From contig OX597814.1 of assembly GCA_951406725.2 (NCBI GenBank), forward strand, positions 6,324,001 to 6,388,000: 64,000 nucleotides of DNA. Reading direction: 5' to 3'. This document shows, piece by piece, positions 12,521 through 24,680 of this stretch. Under the pieces are notes generated by a model. It was given only the letters and a program-made list of their open reading frames with translations. It searched no databases and had not been told where the DNA came from. The translations under genes and the position numbers were made by a program. The stretch comes from Octopus vulgaris (taxonomy: Eukaryota). Position 1 is the stretch's first letter; the number at the start of each line of letters is the position of its first letter.

Positions 12521-13153
12521 AACACACACACACACACATATATTTGAAAAAGTAAAAGAACGGTAGTTCTAATCAATCTAATTTTCTAATAATATAATTT
12601 TAAAGTTTGGTTTGTAGATCTGAGTAAGTTCTTTGTTAACTTTGGTGGGGAGATTCTGTTAAAGATTCCATGTTAACTTTCTCACATTCATCAGTGGTGG
12701 TTGTCAAACAGATCTCAGGTTGTGTTGTGCTGTGTGATTCTATAATTAAAAGAGATTTGGATATTTGGGTTGGGGTTTATTAATAATAAGTGTGAGAGTG
12801 GGGTAGTATTGAAGAATAAGAGCTGAAAGAAAATAATGAATGGTAAAAACAAGATAACTGATGGAGGGTGGTGGGGTATTTAGGGAGTGTTTTATGAAGC
12901 CTTTGTGAAAGTATCCTCTTGATGGTTCCATTTGAATAGTTGACCTTTGGTGGAAAATAAAATGGTCAGATGTTTTTCAAATTCTTTTCTTATGACTGAA
13001 TCAACTTCATTTTGTTTTTCACTGGTAATCCTCCCTTGTAAAATTAACTTATAAAATTAATGTATATTATATCATCAGAAAATTAAATTAATTAGAACTA
13101 CCAGTGAAGTCATTCTTTTCCTTTTTCAAACATACACAGCTGTACGAAGGATT

Positions 13154-13196
<43 letters not shown>

Positions 13197-13473
13197 TTCA
13201 AGAAAATAGATTTAGAGGCCAGGACTCATCTACAAAAACATTTAGAAAACAGAAGAAATCTGAAAGTGAAGAACATCAAGGGGAATTTCGAAAGAATCAT
13301 TCTGAATCTAGAAAATTTGCATAAATCATAATAAAAGAGCATAAATGAAAAGAAATATCTCGTGAGATAATTACTAAGAAATGAGTATAAGAAGAGAGAG
13401 AGAGAGAGAGAGAGGGTGAATGAGAGAGAGATAGAACAAGGGAGTCATTTATTCAAGAAACTAAAAGAAAACT

Positions 13474-14407
13474 TTATTTACATTATTTACATTTGACGGA
13501 TATTTGTCCTCATCTTGTTTGTTGTTAACACAATGTTTCGGCTGATATACCCTCCAGCCTTCATCAGGTGTCTTGGAGAAATTTCGAACCTGGGTTCTCA
13601 TTCCTAAGGTATTTTTCGATATTATAATCCTTGTTATTATTACTGAGTGAGAGAGCAGTGCATGCCATCAAAGTGACACTGGGGTAAAATATACGAAGCC
13701 CAATATACCCATCATGAATACCCGTCAGATAAAGGTACACCAGGCACATGCATCACAACCATATGTGCGCGACATGGTGATCTCATATCAAGATAAACAG
13801 CACATGACCTTGCAGGTGGGACCCAGTTAGAATTTTCTTCAGGTTGAGTAGCCCATCCCGCTCAAAAGGTCCCTGAATAAGGGTTGTTTAAGGATGTTGA
13901 AAGAACCACCCATGTTTCCAGAGGTGAATTATTCAAACCCCAAAGAATCCCTCTCAACACATGGCTATGATGCTCCCCCACTACTTCTGCTCGTGATCAG
14001 AGATGCACATATCATCAGCCACTAAGGGACATGCTCAACTGGTTAAGGTCCAACAACTGACAAGCAAATCTGTGGTATTGAGCAGAATATTTGCTGTAGC
14101 CCATCTTTTATACCAAGACAAAACAATGAACATGATAACACTTCCAATCAGTTAAGATCAGAAGCCATGAGAGCCACTGCCTGGGACTTATTATTATTAT
14201 TATTATTATTATTTTTAATAATAATAATAATAATATTGGAAAATACCTTAGGAATGAGAACCCAGGTTTGAAATTTCCCCAAGACACCTGATGAAGGCTG
14301 GAGCGTATATCAACCAAAACATTGTGTTAACAACAAACAAGATGAGGACAAATATCCATCAATTGTAAATAATATACATAATTCCTCATCTTTTCAATAT
14401 AGAACTG
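13474..14407. mobile_element. Fold-back element with inverted hammerhead-containing arms and a 12-bp TSD (Penelope-like, non-autonomous)
   Basis: The arms 13474-13622 and about 14233-14381 are reverse complements. TAAAAGAAAACT flanks both sides (13462-13473, 14408-14419). The right arm has a 26-nt extension. Confidence 0.75.
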
Positions 14408-14867
14408 TAAAAGAAAACTATTTCATGTGAAGAACTTTGAAAATGTTGTGTGAAAAAACTAAGACTACATAATTAATAGGAACATGATGGCACTGATTTG
14501 TTCTGCTTTTTATATTTAACCCTACAGTCTCTTATGTGGTGGTTTAATAAAGTATGTGATTGAGTATTATCTGGTAATTGATATTTGATTTAGATGTATT
14601 TCTCCATTTTCTTATCTTGTATTAGTAATTTGTGGTAAATCATTTTACCTTTGCCCATATAATACAGTAAATGAATTGATTGCATCGCAATCCTTAACAT
14701 TTATGTATTAACTTTGTTGGGTACTTCACTAGCAGTATATTGGATATATGTTATCCCATGGAGGGTTGCATTTACAACCCCTATCTCAATTTGTATATAT
14801 ATATATATATATATATATACACAAACATATTCACACACACACATACATATGTTAGTAACTAACTAAC

Positions 14868-15092
14868 ATATGTATGTGTGTGTGTCAATATGTTTGTGTT
14901 TGTCCCCCACCAACATCACTTGACAACCGATGCTGGTGTGTTTACGTCCCCGTAACTTAGGAGTTCGGCAAAAGAGACCGATAGAATAAGTACTAGGCTT
15001 ACAAAGAATAAGTCCTGGGGTCGATTTGCTTGACTAAAAGGCAGTACTCCAGCATGGCCACAGTCAAATGACTGAAACAAGTAAAAGAGTAA
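14868..15092 (+). mobile_element. tRNA-SINE family A, 3' half
   Basis: ttgacaaccgatgctggtgtgtttacgtcccc...gtcaaatgactgaaacaagtaaaagagt. Confidence 0.9.
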
Positions 15093-15272
15093 TCGTTCAC
15101 ATGCTGTCTCTGCAATCAGAGTTCAAATTCCACCAAGGCCAGCCTGACCTTTCATCCGTTTAAGATCAATGAAATAAGTACCAGTTGAGTAGTGGGGTCA
15201 ATTCAATTTACTTAGCCCCCCCCTCCACAGAATTCCAGACCTTGTTCCTACAGGAGAAAGGATTATTATTAT
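15093..15272 (+). mobile_element. Degenerate Meta-domain-like SINE with an alternative tail
   Basis: gagttcaaattccaccaagg...ctttcatccg...aagtaccagtt; the tail matches 48860-48910 in reverse. Confidence 0.6.
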
Positions 15273-15367
15273 TTTAAATCTATTTTTCTGTTGAAATGTT
15301 CCCCCGTCCTCTTCCCAGGCAGCTGACTCTGTCTTCCTGCCCAGGTGACACCACTCTATGCAGGGAC

Positions 15368-15580
15368 ATTTAAGTTGGTCATATCTGGCTAAAATATTCT
15401 ACTAGCTTTATGGTTAAACTGGCCAGATCCAGCCTCTCACACCAACCCTACAATGTCATTCTAAAAATAAACAATCACATTATCAAACCCTCAATGCTTC
15501 TAGATGATGCATGATTAATTCAAAACAGTTTTTGATAAATAAGGATTATATTTGACAGAGTAATTTGAGGGCTAAAGACA
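15368..15580. mobile_element. Degenerate MITE-like repeat (partial copy also at about 19358-19470)
   Basis: ggtcatatctggc.aaatattc.ac...tttatg...ccag.tc...tctcaca...accct...atgtcattc is shared by both loci. Confidence 0.5.
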
Positions 15581-15584
15581 TGTT

Positions 15585-16106
15585 TGTAGTGACGTCATAT
15601 TCCAGTGTGCGCACATGCAACGTCATTCTTCAGTGTGCGTGTGCAGAACGTCCTTCTTCAGTGTGCGTGTGCGGGGTTGGAACCTTCTGGAAAGGCATAA
15701 GGAAGTTTCCTCATGCACATGCGCTAGAGACTGAAGAAGAAATTCTATCGCGTTCCTTAATAGCGTCGGGGACTTGAGACATGGCGATAGAAGAGAAAGG
15801 ACGTATTTTCATACGTGTGATCAGCCTATTCTCGTGTCCCAGATGCTTAGGATTTAACCTGTTCTATTAATGCTGAATTGTTGTAAGAAGCTTGCAAACG
15901 TTAGAATTCAGCCTTGCTGTGTTGAACTAGGTGGATACCAGTATACCATCGTGCTTCATTGTTGAATAAGAGAATAAAGAATTGTATATATTTCTAAACT
16001 TGCGTTTCGTTCCTGACTGGTAGTTTCTAGAAACAAAAAGAAAGGAAATTGTGTTGCACCCAAGTTGCACCCCAAAAGTGTAATGAAGCAACCAGTTCCC
16101 TTTACA
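15585..16106 (+). mobile_element. Solo LTR (Gypsy-like, 522 bp)
   Basis: TGTA...TACA termini, a 4-bp TSD TGTT (15581-15584, 16107-16110), AATAAA at about 15973 and locally high CpG. Confidence 0.75.
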
Positions 16107-16254
16107 TGTTCATTGCCGAGTGCAGTTGGGGGTAGACAAAATGAGGATAAGACAAGAAAGGAGCTGCAGTAAGAATGTCATAGGGAAACATTTCCGTGTG
16201 TTCACCTGATGAGAGCAGACAAAGTTTCAACATGACCTGGTGCTTCAGCAAGGA

Positions 16255-16603
16255 TCAAATCAAATGGAAATTGTAGTTGTGACCCCCGTGCTGGTAGCAT
16301 GCAAAAAAGCACCATCCGAACATAGCCAATGCCAGTGCTGCCTTGACTGGCTTCCGGTGGCATGTAAAAAGCACCATCTGATCGTGGTCAATGCCAGCTT
16401 CTCTGGCCCCTGTGCCGGTGGCATGAAAAAAAACACCCACTACACTCTCGGAGTGGTTGGCATTGGGAAGGGCATCAAGCTGTAGGAACACTGCCAGATC
16501 AGATTGGAGCCTGGGGCAGCCTCCTGGCTTCCTAGACCCCATACAAACCATCCAACCCATGCTAACATGGAAAACGGACGTTAAACAATGATGATGATGA
16601 TGA
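16255..16603 (+). mobile_element. RTE 3'-end copy with internal sub-repeats
   Basis: Three gtggcatg.aaaaagcacc-like units followed by the canonical tail. Confidence 0.9.
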
Positions 16604-16649
16604 TTAAGAATGTCGAAAGAATTAGACCAAATCTCTAAGGAATCACTTT

Positions 16650-17040
16650 GCTTCATGTCTGCTTTGGCATTGGTTGGATGGTTTGACCGGATCCAATAAC
16701 TGGACGACAATATCAAACTCTAATGTCTGATTTGTCAACGTTTCTACAGCTGGATGCCCTTCCTAATGCCAATAACTTTATAGAGTATACTGGGCACTTT
16801 TTATGCAACACTGGTATTAATGAGGTCACCATGTGACTTGCAAGACACAGAAAGAAAAAAAAGAACAAGCTCCACCCCCACCATACCCACCCTGAGTGAG
16901 TGGGGTTGCAGTAGAAGGGAGGTGGCTGTATGGCAGGTGTTTAGGTGATAAAATGTAACGAAGGAGAGAAAGACCCAGGTGTTCTGTTGTAGAAGAGATA
17001 GGTAGCTGCCCCTGCATTACACGAGGGAGGGTAGCTGTAA
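16650..17040 (-). mobile_element. Older RTE-like 3'-end copy
   Basis: tttctacagctggatgcccttcctaatgcc; degenerate. Confidence 0.6.
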
Positions 17041-17774
17041 TTGGAAGAAATCCACTGTGTCCACTTAGATTGGCTTTGTAAATCTATTTCTGAATTGTAA
17101 TCAGAATGAGAATTCAATGAGAAATTAATAACATGATTAATAAAACAAAGCCCTTGGGAGATCACAAATAAATTACATTTCCAATAACTTTAATAACGAG
17201 AACGTTGTGTTAATTCACCATGATGTATTCACAATTTTGATAAACACTTGAGATGAGTAAAGTCCGAACTAAATATTACAGCAATCACCATGTCGGGGAT
17301 TATAAAATTTGACCCATCAATTACAAGGCATTAGCTTTCAGATTTTAATACTTGTATAAAACCAAAGAAGTATTAAAATAAACAAATACAATGAGAATGT
17401 AGATGAAATCTGTTTAGACAAATCATTGATAGAGTATTCTTATATTAATAAGGATGGTGTAAGGAATTCGATTTTAAAATCTGAAAAACTTGTAAAAGAA
17501 TTTTGAGCAATGACAGGGTACAACTTTGGAGACAGTTTCAAATTACTGAAAACAAATCGATAAATCAATGTGTGTGTGATACACACACACACACACACAC
17601 ACACACACGAATTAAAACTGTGGCCATCCATACATACAGGCATGTCCCCCGTTCCCTCTCTCAGATGAGAGGTTATTGTTTTGTGAGCTCACGGGTGCTG
17701 GTGCCATGTAAAAAGCTCCTGAGCTGCTGCCACATGAACACACGTGCTGGTGCCGTGTGAAAGCATCCAGTAAA

Positions 17775-18050
17775 TTCCGTAACCTTCATTACCTGATCCA
17801 ATACCTTGATACTTCTATAATTATTTGTATCTAATGCACCACCTTTACCTCTGTAGCAGTTGACTATGATACTGCTACACCAGTCGTTGGGTATGACTCC
17901 TTCGTGTATCACCTGGTTAACTATACGGGTGACTAGGCTATAGCCAACACTACCAGATATTTTGAGCATCTCTGTGGTGATTCCTGATGGGCTGGGGACT
18001 TTCCCTGTCTGCACACCTTTAATAGCTTTATCTACCAAGGCACTGCCAAT
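17775..18050 (-). pseudogene. RTE RT N-terminal fragment
   Basis: VDKAIK..GKVPSPSG..EMLK..IPNDW..NYRSIKVLDQVMKV, highly similar to 11252-11508. Confidence 0.9.
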
Positions 18051-18055
18051 TTGGA

Positions 18056-18100
<45 letters not shown>

Positions 18101-18511
18101 CATATCAATACATACCCCCAGCTACACATATATATATAGAGAGAGAGATAGAGAGAGAGAGAGACAGAGAGAGAGAGAGAGCAAATGGCTAATGTAAGTT
18201 TGGTTTGGGTGAGAAGTTGGGATATTTCCAGAGAAGAACTCAACTGGATACTGGGTTATTAAAACTGTCAAGATCCAGCTGACGGCCAAAATACTTCTGG
18301 TATAGAAAATCCATGCTTCATGATGATTATACTGTCGTATGGTTTGGTGAAGGAAAGGACAAAGGAAATTCTTTAACTCTGAGATGCGTTAAAGAATTTT
18401 CTGTCTTCTTTTCATTGATATAATATATTGATAATAATAACATGACAACAAAAAGATGAATGAGACCTCGATATTATGTAAAATAGAGGAATTTATCTAT
18501 AAATATAATAT

Positions 18512-18701
18512 GTGACAATTAGTCGGTTGCCATAATAAAACTCAGAGTTTCAGATGCCAGGCCTGAAGTCTGCTCTGGCATCTTATCAGCTATTAAGACA
18601 AAAACACGTTTTTGTCTTAATAACTGATGAGATGCTGGAGCAGGCTTCAGCCTCGACATCCAAAACTCTGAGTTTTATTATAACAACCAACTAACTGTCA
18701 C
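18512..18701. mobile_element. 190-bp palindrome with a hammerhead-like motif in each arm
   Basis: The centre is at 18606-18607. Right arm: TAATAA-CTGATGA-GATG..CATC-CAAAA-CTC-T-GAG-TT-TTATTA. Left arm (minus): TAATAG-CTGATAA-GATGCCAG..CTGGCATC-TGAAA-CTCTGAG-TT-TTATTA. Confidence 0.75.
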
Positions 18702-19120
18702 GTGCCGACGGCACGTAAAAAGTACCATTCAAGCGTGATTGTTACCAGCATCACCTTACTGGCACTTGGGCTGGTGGCATGTGAAAAAACACCATTTGAG
18801 CGCGGCCGTTGCTAGTACCGCCTGACTGGCCCTCTTGCCGGTGGCATGTAAAAGCACACACTACATTCTCAGAGTGGTTGGCGCTAGGAAGGGCATCCAG
18901 CTGTAGAAACTCTGCCAGATCAGATTGGAGCCTGGTGCAGCCATCTGGTTCACCAGCCCTCAGTCAAACCGTCCAACTCATGCTCAAGTGGTATTTTTTA
19001 TGTGCCACCTGCACAGGAGCCAGTCCAGCGGCAGACAATGAACTCACCCAAATGTTTTTCCTGTGCCAGTAAGGTGACACTGGTAACAATCACGTGTGAT
19101 TGGTGCTTTTTATGTACCAT
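18702..19120 (+). mobile_element. RTE 3'UTR copy followed by an inverted fragment (about 18985-19120)
   Basis: Three sub-repeats + gagtggttggcgctaggaagggcatcc, then the orientation flips. Confidence 0.8.
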
Positions 19121-21110
19121 CTCCACAAAAATTCCTCTCCAAATTTCAAATGGAATATATAATTTTCAGAGTGTGAAGATAAAGTTTCTTAGAGTGCACA
19201 AAGAATATTCTTTTAATTTCATTTGCTGGCATTATTTTATACATTCTGAATGGAGTGTGTTGATGTTTATAATCACTGCCAAGTTTTCTACCAACAATGG
19301 AAAATTCCAAAATAATTATGTGAAAGAGAAATCTATATATATTGCTGTGTAAAGGATTCAACTCTTGAGCATTTCTGCTGGTCATATCTGGCCCAAATAT
19401 TCCACCTGTTTTATGTTGGAACCAGCTAGATCCTGTCTCTCACATCTACCCTATTAATGTCATTCGAGAGATGACAGCTAGGGATGGTGCACCTGCCATC
19501 TCCCTATCTCTCATCCTTCTCTTCTTTAACGAGCAAAGGTAGCAGTATCACCTTTATTAATTGGTTATGATTGTTTTTATAACTAGTGGAATTAATGTAT
19601 TTTCCATCAGAAAGGTGCATAAAAAAAGAGGGATCATGAAGACAAAAGGTCCCTTTAATTCCACAATCAACAGCAACAACTGGAACACCAACATTAAGAG
19701 GTCAAGAAAATTGAAATCTACGGAGCACACTATACAAGATGAATGTTCAGATACTAGCAGCCGCATCTACTACTATACTTTTAGAAATACTAATAAAAGG
19801 TTGAAGAGGAAAATCTAATATGATGTAAGTTTAAAGAACAGGGCTGTAAGCTTCCCAGGAAATTATACTAAATATCATTAGGTCAATTAACAGTTGAAAT
19901 TTAATAAAATACGTATAGATAAAGTAATACATAGATATATGACCCCTAAGGAATGCATATGTTATTAAGTCAATTAGAGTTGAAATTAAATGAAAAGAAG
20001 CAAATGATTACAGTTCATAGGAATTAAATAAGTGGGGGTTATAACATGTTAAATAATCACAGAGAATGGAAAATTCGTTCATTAATATTGCATAAATTGA
20101 GTTAGCTAAATGGAATTATCTTTAAATGTTTTATTGAACTAATAGGAACAATGGATGAATAACTCCTTTCATTAATAAGACCTGACTTATACCTTAAGAT
20201 TTCTAATGCTTCTATGGAATGAAAATTCCAACTATCCCATCCCCTTTGAATGGAAGTGTGATATGTATAATTGTCCCATTCTTGAGATTCCAGATAAATT
20301 TGGCTAATGATGTGCTATGTAATTTTCTTTTGTGCGTGTTTAAAAATAAAACTAAATGTAACAATGTATGTATACACTTTTAAAGATAGAGCTCAATATA
20401 TTGTGTATATAGTCAGAGAGACAGAATTACAATAATGTATACAGTTTTAAATGGCTAATGTATCTCTACAGCGATAGAAAAGGACTTAAACCAAATAATT
20501 TATCTGATAAGGTAGACCAAAGAAATACACAGTGTTGATATAATAGATGACAGAGCGTTATCATTGAGGTGGACAATACCAACACACTATGGTGTATTTG
20601 TTGCAATAGAAATCTATGATAAGTGGTGATCTTATGTGGCTTTTAGACAGCTGTTTAAGATAGAATGTCTTCAAATGTAAGTCAAAGCAACTATGATACA
20701 GATGTAGTTTAGGTGATTATTAGTGCAGTCTTGAATTTATTCTACATAACAAGAACAATATTAACATTTAACCAATTCAGTTTGTTGTTTGAATATCTTG
20801 GTCAGAAGAGGAAGGGGTGGCAGGGGTGGGGGAACAGTACCAATAACCTTTTTCAGGATCACCACAGGCAATGGTGTTAAACTGAGTGACAACAGAATGG
20901 TATTAAATTAGATGTTGTATGGAGTGAATCTGGCCTTTAGTGGGCATGGAAGATAACTCTGGACATATTTCAACCCAATTAAACCTTTTCTGTGGGACAG
21001 AAATAAACAGTTTTCAGCTTTTCAATACTAACATTGATTTTCAGAGCACATCTATGTATCAGATCTTTCAATATATGTACACAGGCTAGTTGTGTACTTT
21101 ATACAGAGCC

Positions 21111-21141
<31 letters not shown>

Positions 21142-21597
21142 TATTATTATTATTATTATCATAATAATAATTGTAATAATAATTACAATATCAAAACTGC
21201 CGACAAGTGGTATAATCACCACCCTGAGGCTGTAACTGAAGGAGAAAATGTAACCATTCTGTGGGACTTTCCAGTACATACAGACCGAATCATCAAGGCC
21301 AATAAACCAGATATTGTTGTGAAAGACCAAAACAATAAAGTTTGCTTATTGATTGACATGAGCATCCCCTGTGATCATAATATCTCAGCGAAAGAGTTTG
21401 ACAAGCTCAGAAAATATAAAGACCTACACATTGAAAAAAAAAAAAAAAATGAACGAACTATTGAGTTTGGTTTAATGGCCTACCAATGTATACTTTGAGT
21501 TTCTTTGCCCTAGGAGTCGGGAAGACACTCAGCAAGAAATGGAAACAAATTTGAAAGAAGAAAAAAAAAAAAATAATAATAATAATAATAATAATAG
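21111..21597 (+). mobile_element. R4/Dong-like non-LTR 3' fragment (restriction-like endonuclease) bracketed by (AAT)n
   Basis: KWYNHHPEAVTEGENVTILWDFPVHTDRIIKANKPDIVV..LIDMSIP...KLRKYKDL, a PD..D-type RLE motif. Confidence 0.85.
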
Positions 21598-22499
21598 TAG
21601 TTGTCTAATGTCCATGCTGCATGAGTTCAATGCTCTGACTGTATCTGATGGTTCCAAGGGACTGCAACATACTCCAATGTCTGCTTCGGCATAGGTTTTT
21701 ATAGCTGGATGCCTTTATAGATTTATAGCTGGATGTCAACCACTGGTATTTGTGAGGACATCATGCAGCTCACAAGACTATGAAACCTGAGGTGGAGACA
21801 GCTTTATAAAAAAAGCTGGCACATCCAATTACTAAGTTTTTAAATACTGGACTAAACTTTGAACTTTTGACCTTTATACTGTCAAAGCGAAGGATTAAAC
21901 CCAATAAACCTGAAAATAACTAAAACTACTGGCACAACCTAGACTTACATTTTAAGTCTAGGAACCACTTTTGTGAACCCCTAACAACAATCCCATGACC
22001 TGAAGTGGACACACATAAATAGACAAACCTGTTTATAAAGTTTATACACATTGAATAAATTCTAAACAATGAGGGTTAGGGTTATTAACCCTAAACAATA
22101 ACATCTAAACAATAAGAACTTCTGCAAAACACCTCTCTGCCACATCCCACCCCACAACCTAATTACCCTCCACGCAAACCCACACACCAAAGGAAGATTT
22201 TTAACTCAACAGAGACTATATAAAGCAAAGATTAACTTCAATGCATCATAGTCCAAAACTCTGATATCACTGCCAATGATATTACTGTTAAAGAATAATA
22301 AATCTGTATTCTACAGAATATAGAGTTACCAATCGGATTAATGTAAAATTGTTTATATTATAACTGAACTTTGAAGTAAACGTTAAGATATGTGTGTGTG
22401 TGTGTGTGAAAGTAGTGTATATCCTACATTTGGCATCAGAGCAACTGAGACATCACATTCTAGTCCTATGGTGTTGCTGTGTTTACAAATATATTTCCC

Positions 22500-22885
22500 G
22501 CCTACCAACTACATGGTTCTGGGTTCAGTCCCACTGCGTGGCATCTTGGGCAAGTGTCTTCTGCTATAGCCTCGGGCCGACCAAAACCTTGTGAGTGGAT
22601 TTGGTAGACAGAAACTGAAAGAAGCCTGTTGTATATATATGTATATATATATGTATGTATGTGTGTGTATATGTTTGTGTGTCTGTGTTTGTCCCTCTAG
22701 CATTGCTTGACAACCGATGCTGGTGTGTTTACGTCCCCGTCACTTAGCAGTTCGGCAAAAGAGACCGACAGAATAAGTACTGGGCTTACAGAAGAATAAG
22801 TCCCGGGGTCGATTTGCTCGACTAAAGGTGGTGCTCCAGCATGGCCACAGTCAAATGACTGAAACAAGTAAAAGAGTAAAAGAGT
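22500..22885 (+). mobile_element. tRNA-SINE family A (5'-truncated) flanked by ~108-bp direct repeats
   Basis: Matches 28340-28778; the flanks 22388-22499 and 22886-22993 are near-identical. Confidence 0.9.
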
Positions 22886-23215
22886 ATATGTGAGTGTGTG
22901 TGAAAGTAGTGTAAACCCTACGTTTGGCAGCAGAGCAACTGAGACATCACATTCTAGTCCTATGGTGTGGCTGTGTTTACAAACATATTTCCCATTCATC
23001 ATACCTTGTGGAACAACAGAAAGGAAACGAAAATCAAAGATAAGAACAATGGAATTTAATTTTAAAACATGCAGATAATGAATAATAAAGTCAGTGAGGC
23101 TGGAAGGTGTTTTAGAAGAGGTTTGAGAATGGCAAGAAATAAAGGAAATCTTAACAGCATATATGTGTGGGTTTAGGTGTGGATGCATGGTTCTGCTAAC
23201 TCACTCACTCTTCAT

Positions 23216-23416
23216 GTATGTGTGTGTGTGTGTGTGTGTATGTGTGTATGTATGTGTGTGTGTATATATGTATGTGTGTGTGTATATATGTATGTGTGTG
23301 TATGTATGTATGTATGTGTGTGTGTGTATGCATGTATGTGTATGCATGTATGTGTGTATGCATGTATGTGTGTATGCATGTATGTGTGTATGCATGTATG
23401 TGTGTGTGTGTGTGCA

Positions 23417-23449
<33 letters not shown>

Positions 23450-23700
23450 GTGTGTATGCATGTATGTGTGTATGCATGTATGAATGTGTGTATGCATGTA
23501 TGTGTGTATGTATGTATGTATGCGTGTGTGTATGTATGTAGGCGTGTGTGTATGCATGTGTGTGTATGTGTGTGTGTGTGTATGTATGTAAGTGCGTGTA
23601 TGTATGTATGTGTGTGTCTATGTATGTGTGTGTATGCATGTATGCGTGTATGTATGTATGAATGTGTGTTATGTATGCATGTATGTACGTATGTATGTGA
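23216..23700. repeat. Compound (TG)n/(TGTA)n/(TGCA) microsatellite
   Basis: Directly visible. Confidence 0.95.
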
Positions 23701-23789
23701 GTTTTAAGACAGAATGTAAATATGCCATTTTTCAGCTGGGAAGATAGGAAGAAGGTAATCAATAACTGGTAATGGAAAAAACAGACCAT

Positions 23790-23821
<32 letters not shown>

Positions 23822-24277
23822 CAAGACAAACTGCTTTTATCGGTAAGAAGGTGGAGTCCATTAGAAGGAGAAGAAGAAGGAGAAGCAGTGGCAAATGGTA
23901 TCTTAGCATTGCTACCAGTATATATTCTTAGCAGTACAACAATATCAATATAGAACTTAGACATTAGTGGCTGTCTTGTTTGCTAATTGTGTTATACTTC
24001 CCTGTTGTAGAAGAAACACAGGAAAAAAGAGAGAGAGAGAGAGAGAGGGGGGGTGCTTTATTCATGGCAGTTGAAATCTTCACAACTGCGGTACATTGAT
24101 AATTGAAAATGTGATTGATACCAGTTAAATATGAGAGTCAAAGGACTATGACAATTAAGCATTCGTTGCAATAATAAGACACAGGCCAGACTGGTTGACA
24201 GCCGAAGTCTGTAAATGTTACATGAAACAACGACACAAGGCAATATTCTAATTCAAAAAATACAGACATACATCTCA

Positions 24278-24680
24278 CCATTGTCATTGTTTAACGTTCA
24301 CTTTTCCATGTTTGCATGGATCAGGCAGAATCTGTTAAGGCAGATTTCCTATGACGGGATGCCCTTCCTGTCACCAATCCTCGCTTATGGCCAGACATGG
24401 TTTTCATGGAAGACTAGAAACAAACAACCTCACTTGTATCACAGTGATGCTCGCTTACATCATGAAATGTCTAGACAAGGGTACACACACACACACACAC
24501 ACACACACAGATAGCCATAAGACAGGCTTCTTTCAGCTTCTGTCAACCAGAGCCATTCCCAAGGCTTTGTTCAGCTGAGAGCCATGGTAGAAGACATTTG
24601 CCCAAGGTACCACACAGCGGGAATGAACCGGAGACTTCATGTTTGGGAAGAAAGCTCCTTCACCACACAGCCACACTTGC
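24278..24680 (-). mobile_element. Old SINE, near full length (family A-like head, (CA)n, RTE-like tail)
   Basis: Head: acaggcttctttcag...aaggctttg...tagaagacatttgcccaagg...accacacagccac. Tail: tttaacgttcacttttccatg...gggatgcccttcctgtcacc. Confidence 0.7.

Noticed and set aside
12892-13034. Minus-strand terminal-exon candidate (RITSEKQNEVDSVIRKEFEKHL...TKAS*); similar weak candidates at 579-696, 2863-2917 and 50240-50409
   Set aside because: Weak acceptors or donors and no recognisable protein family; cannot be supported without expression data.
22071-22096. Telomere-like GGGTTAGGGTTA..TAACCCTAA
   Set aside because: Only about two units; expected by chance.
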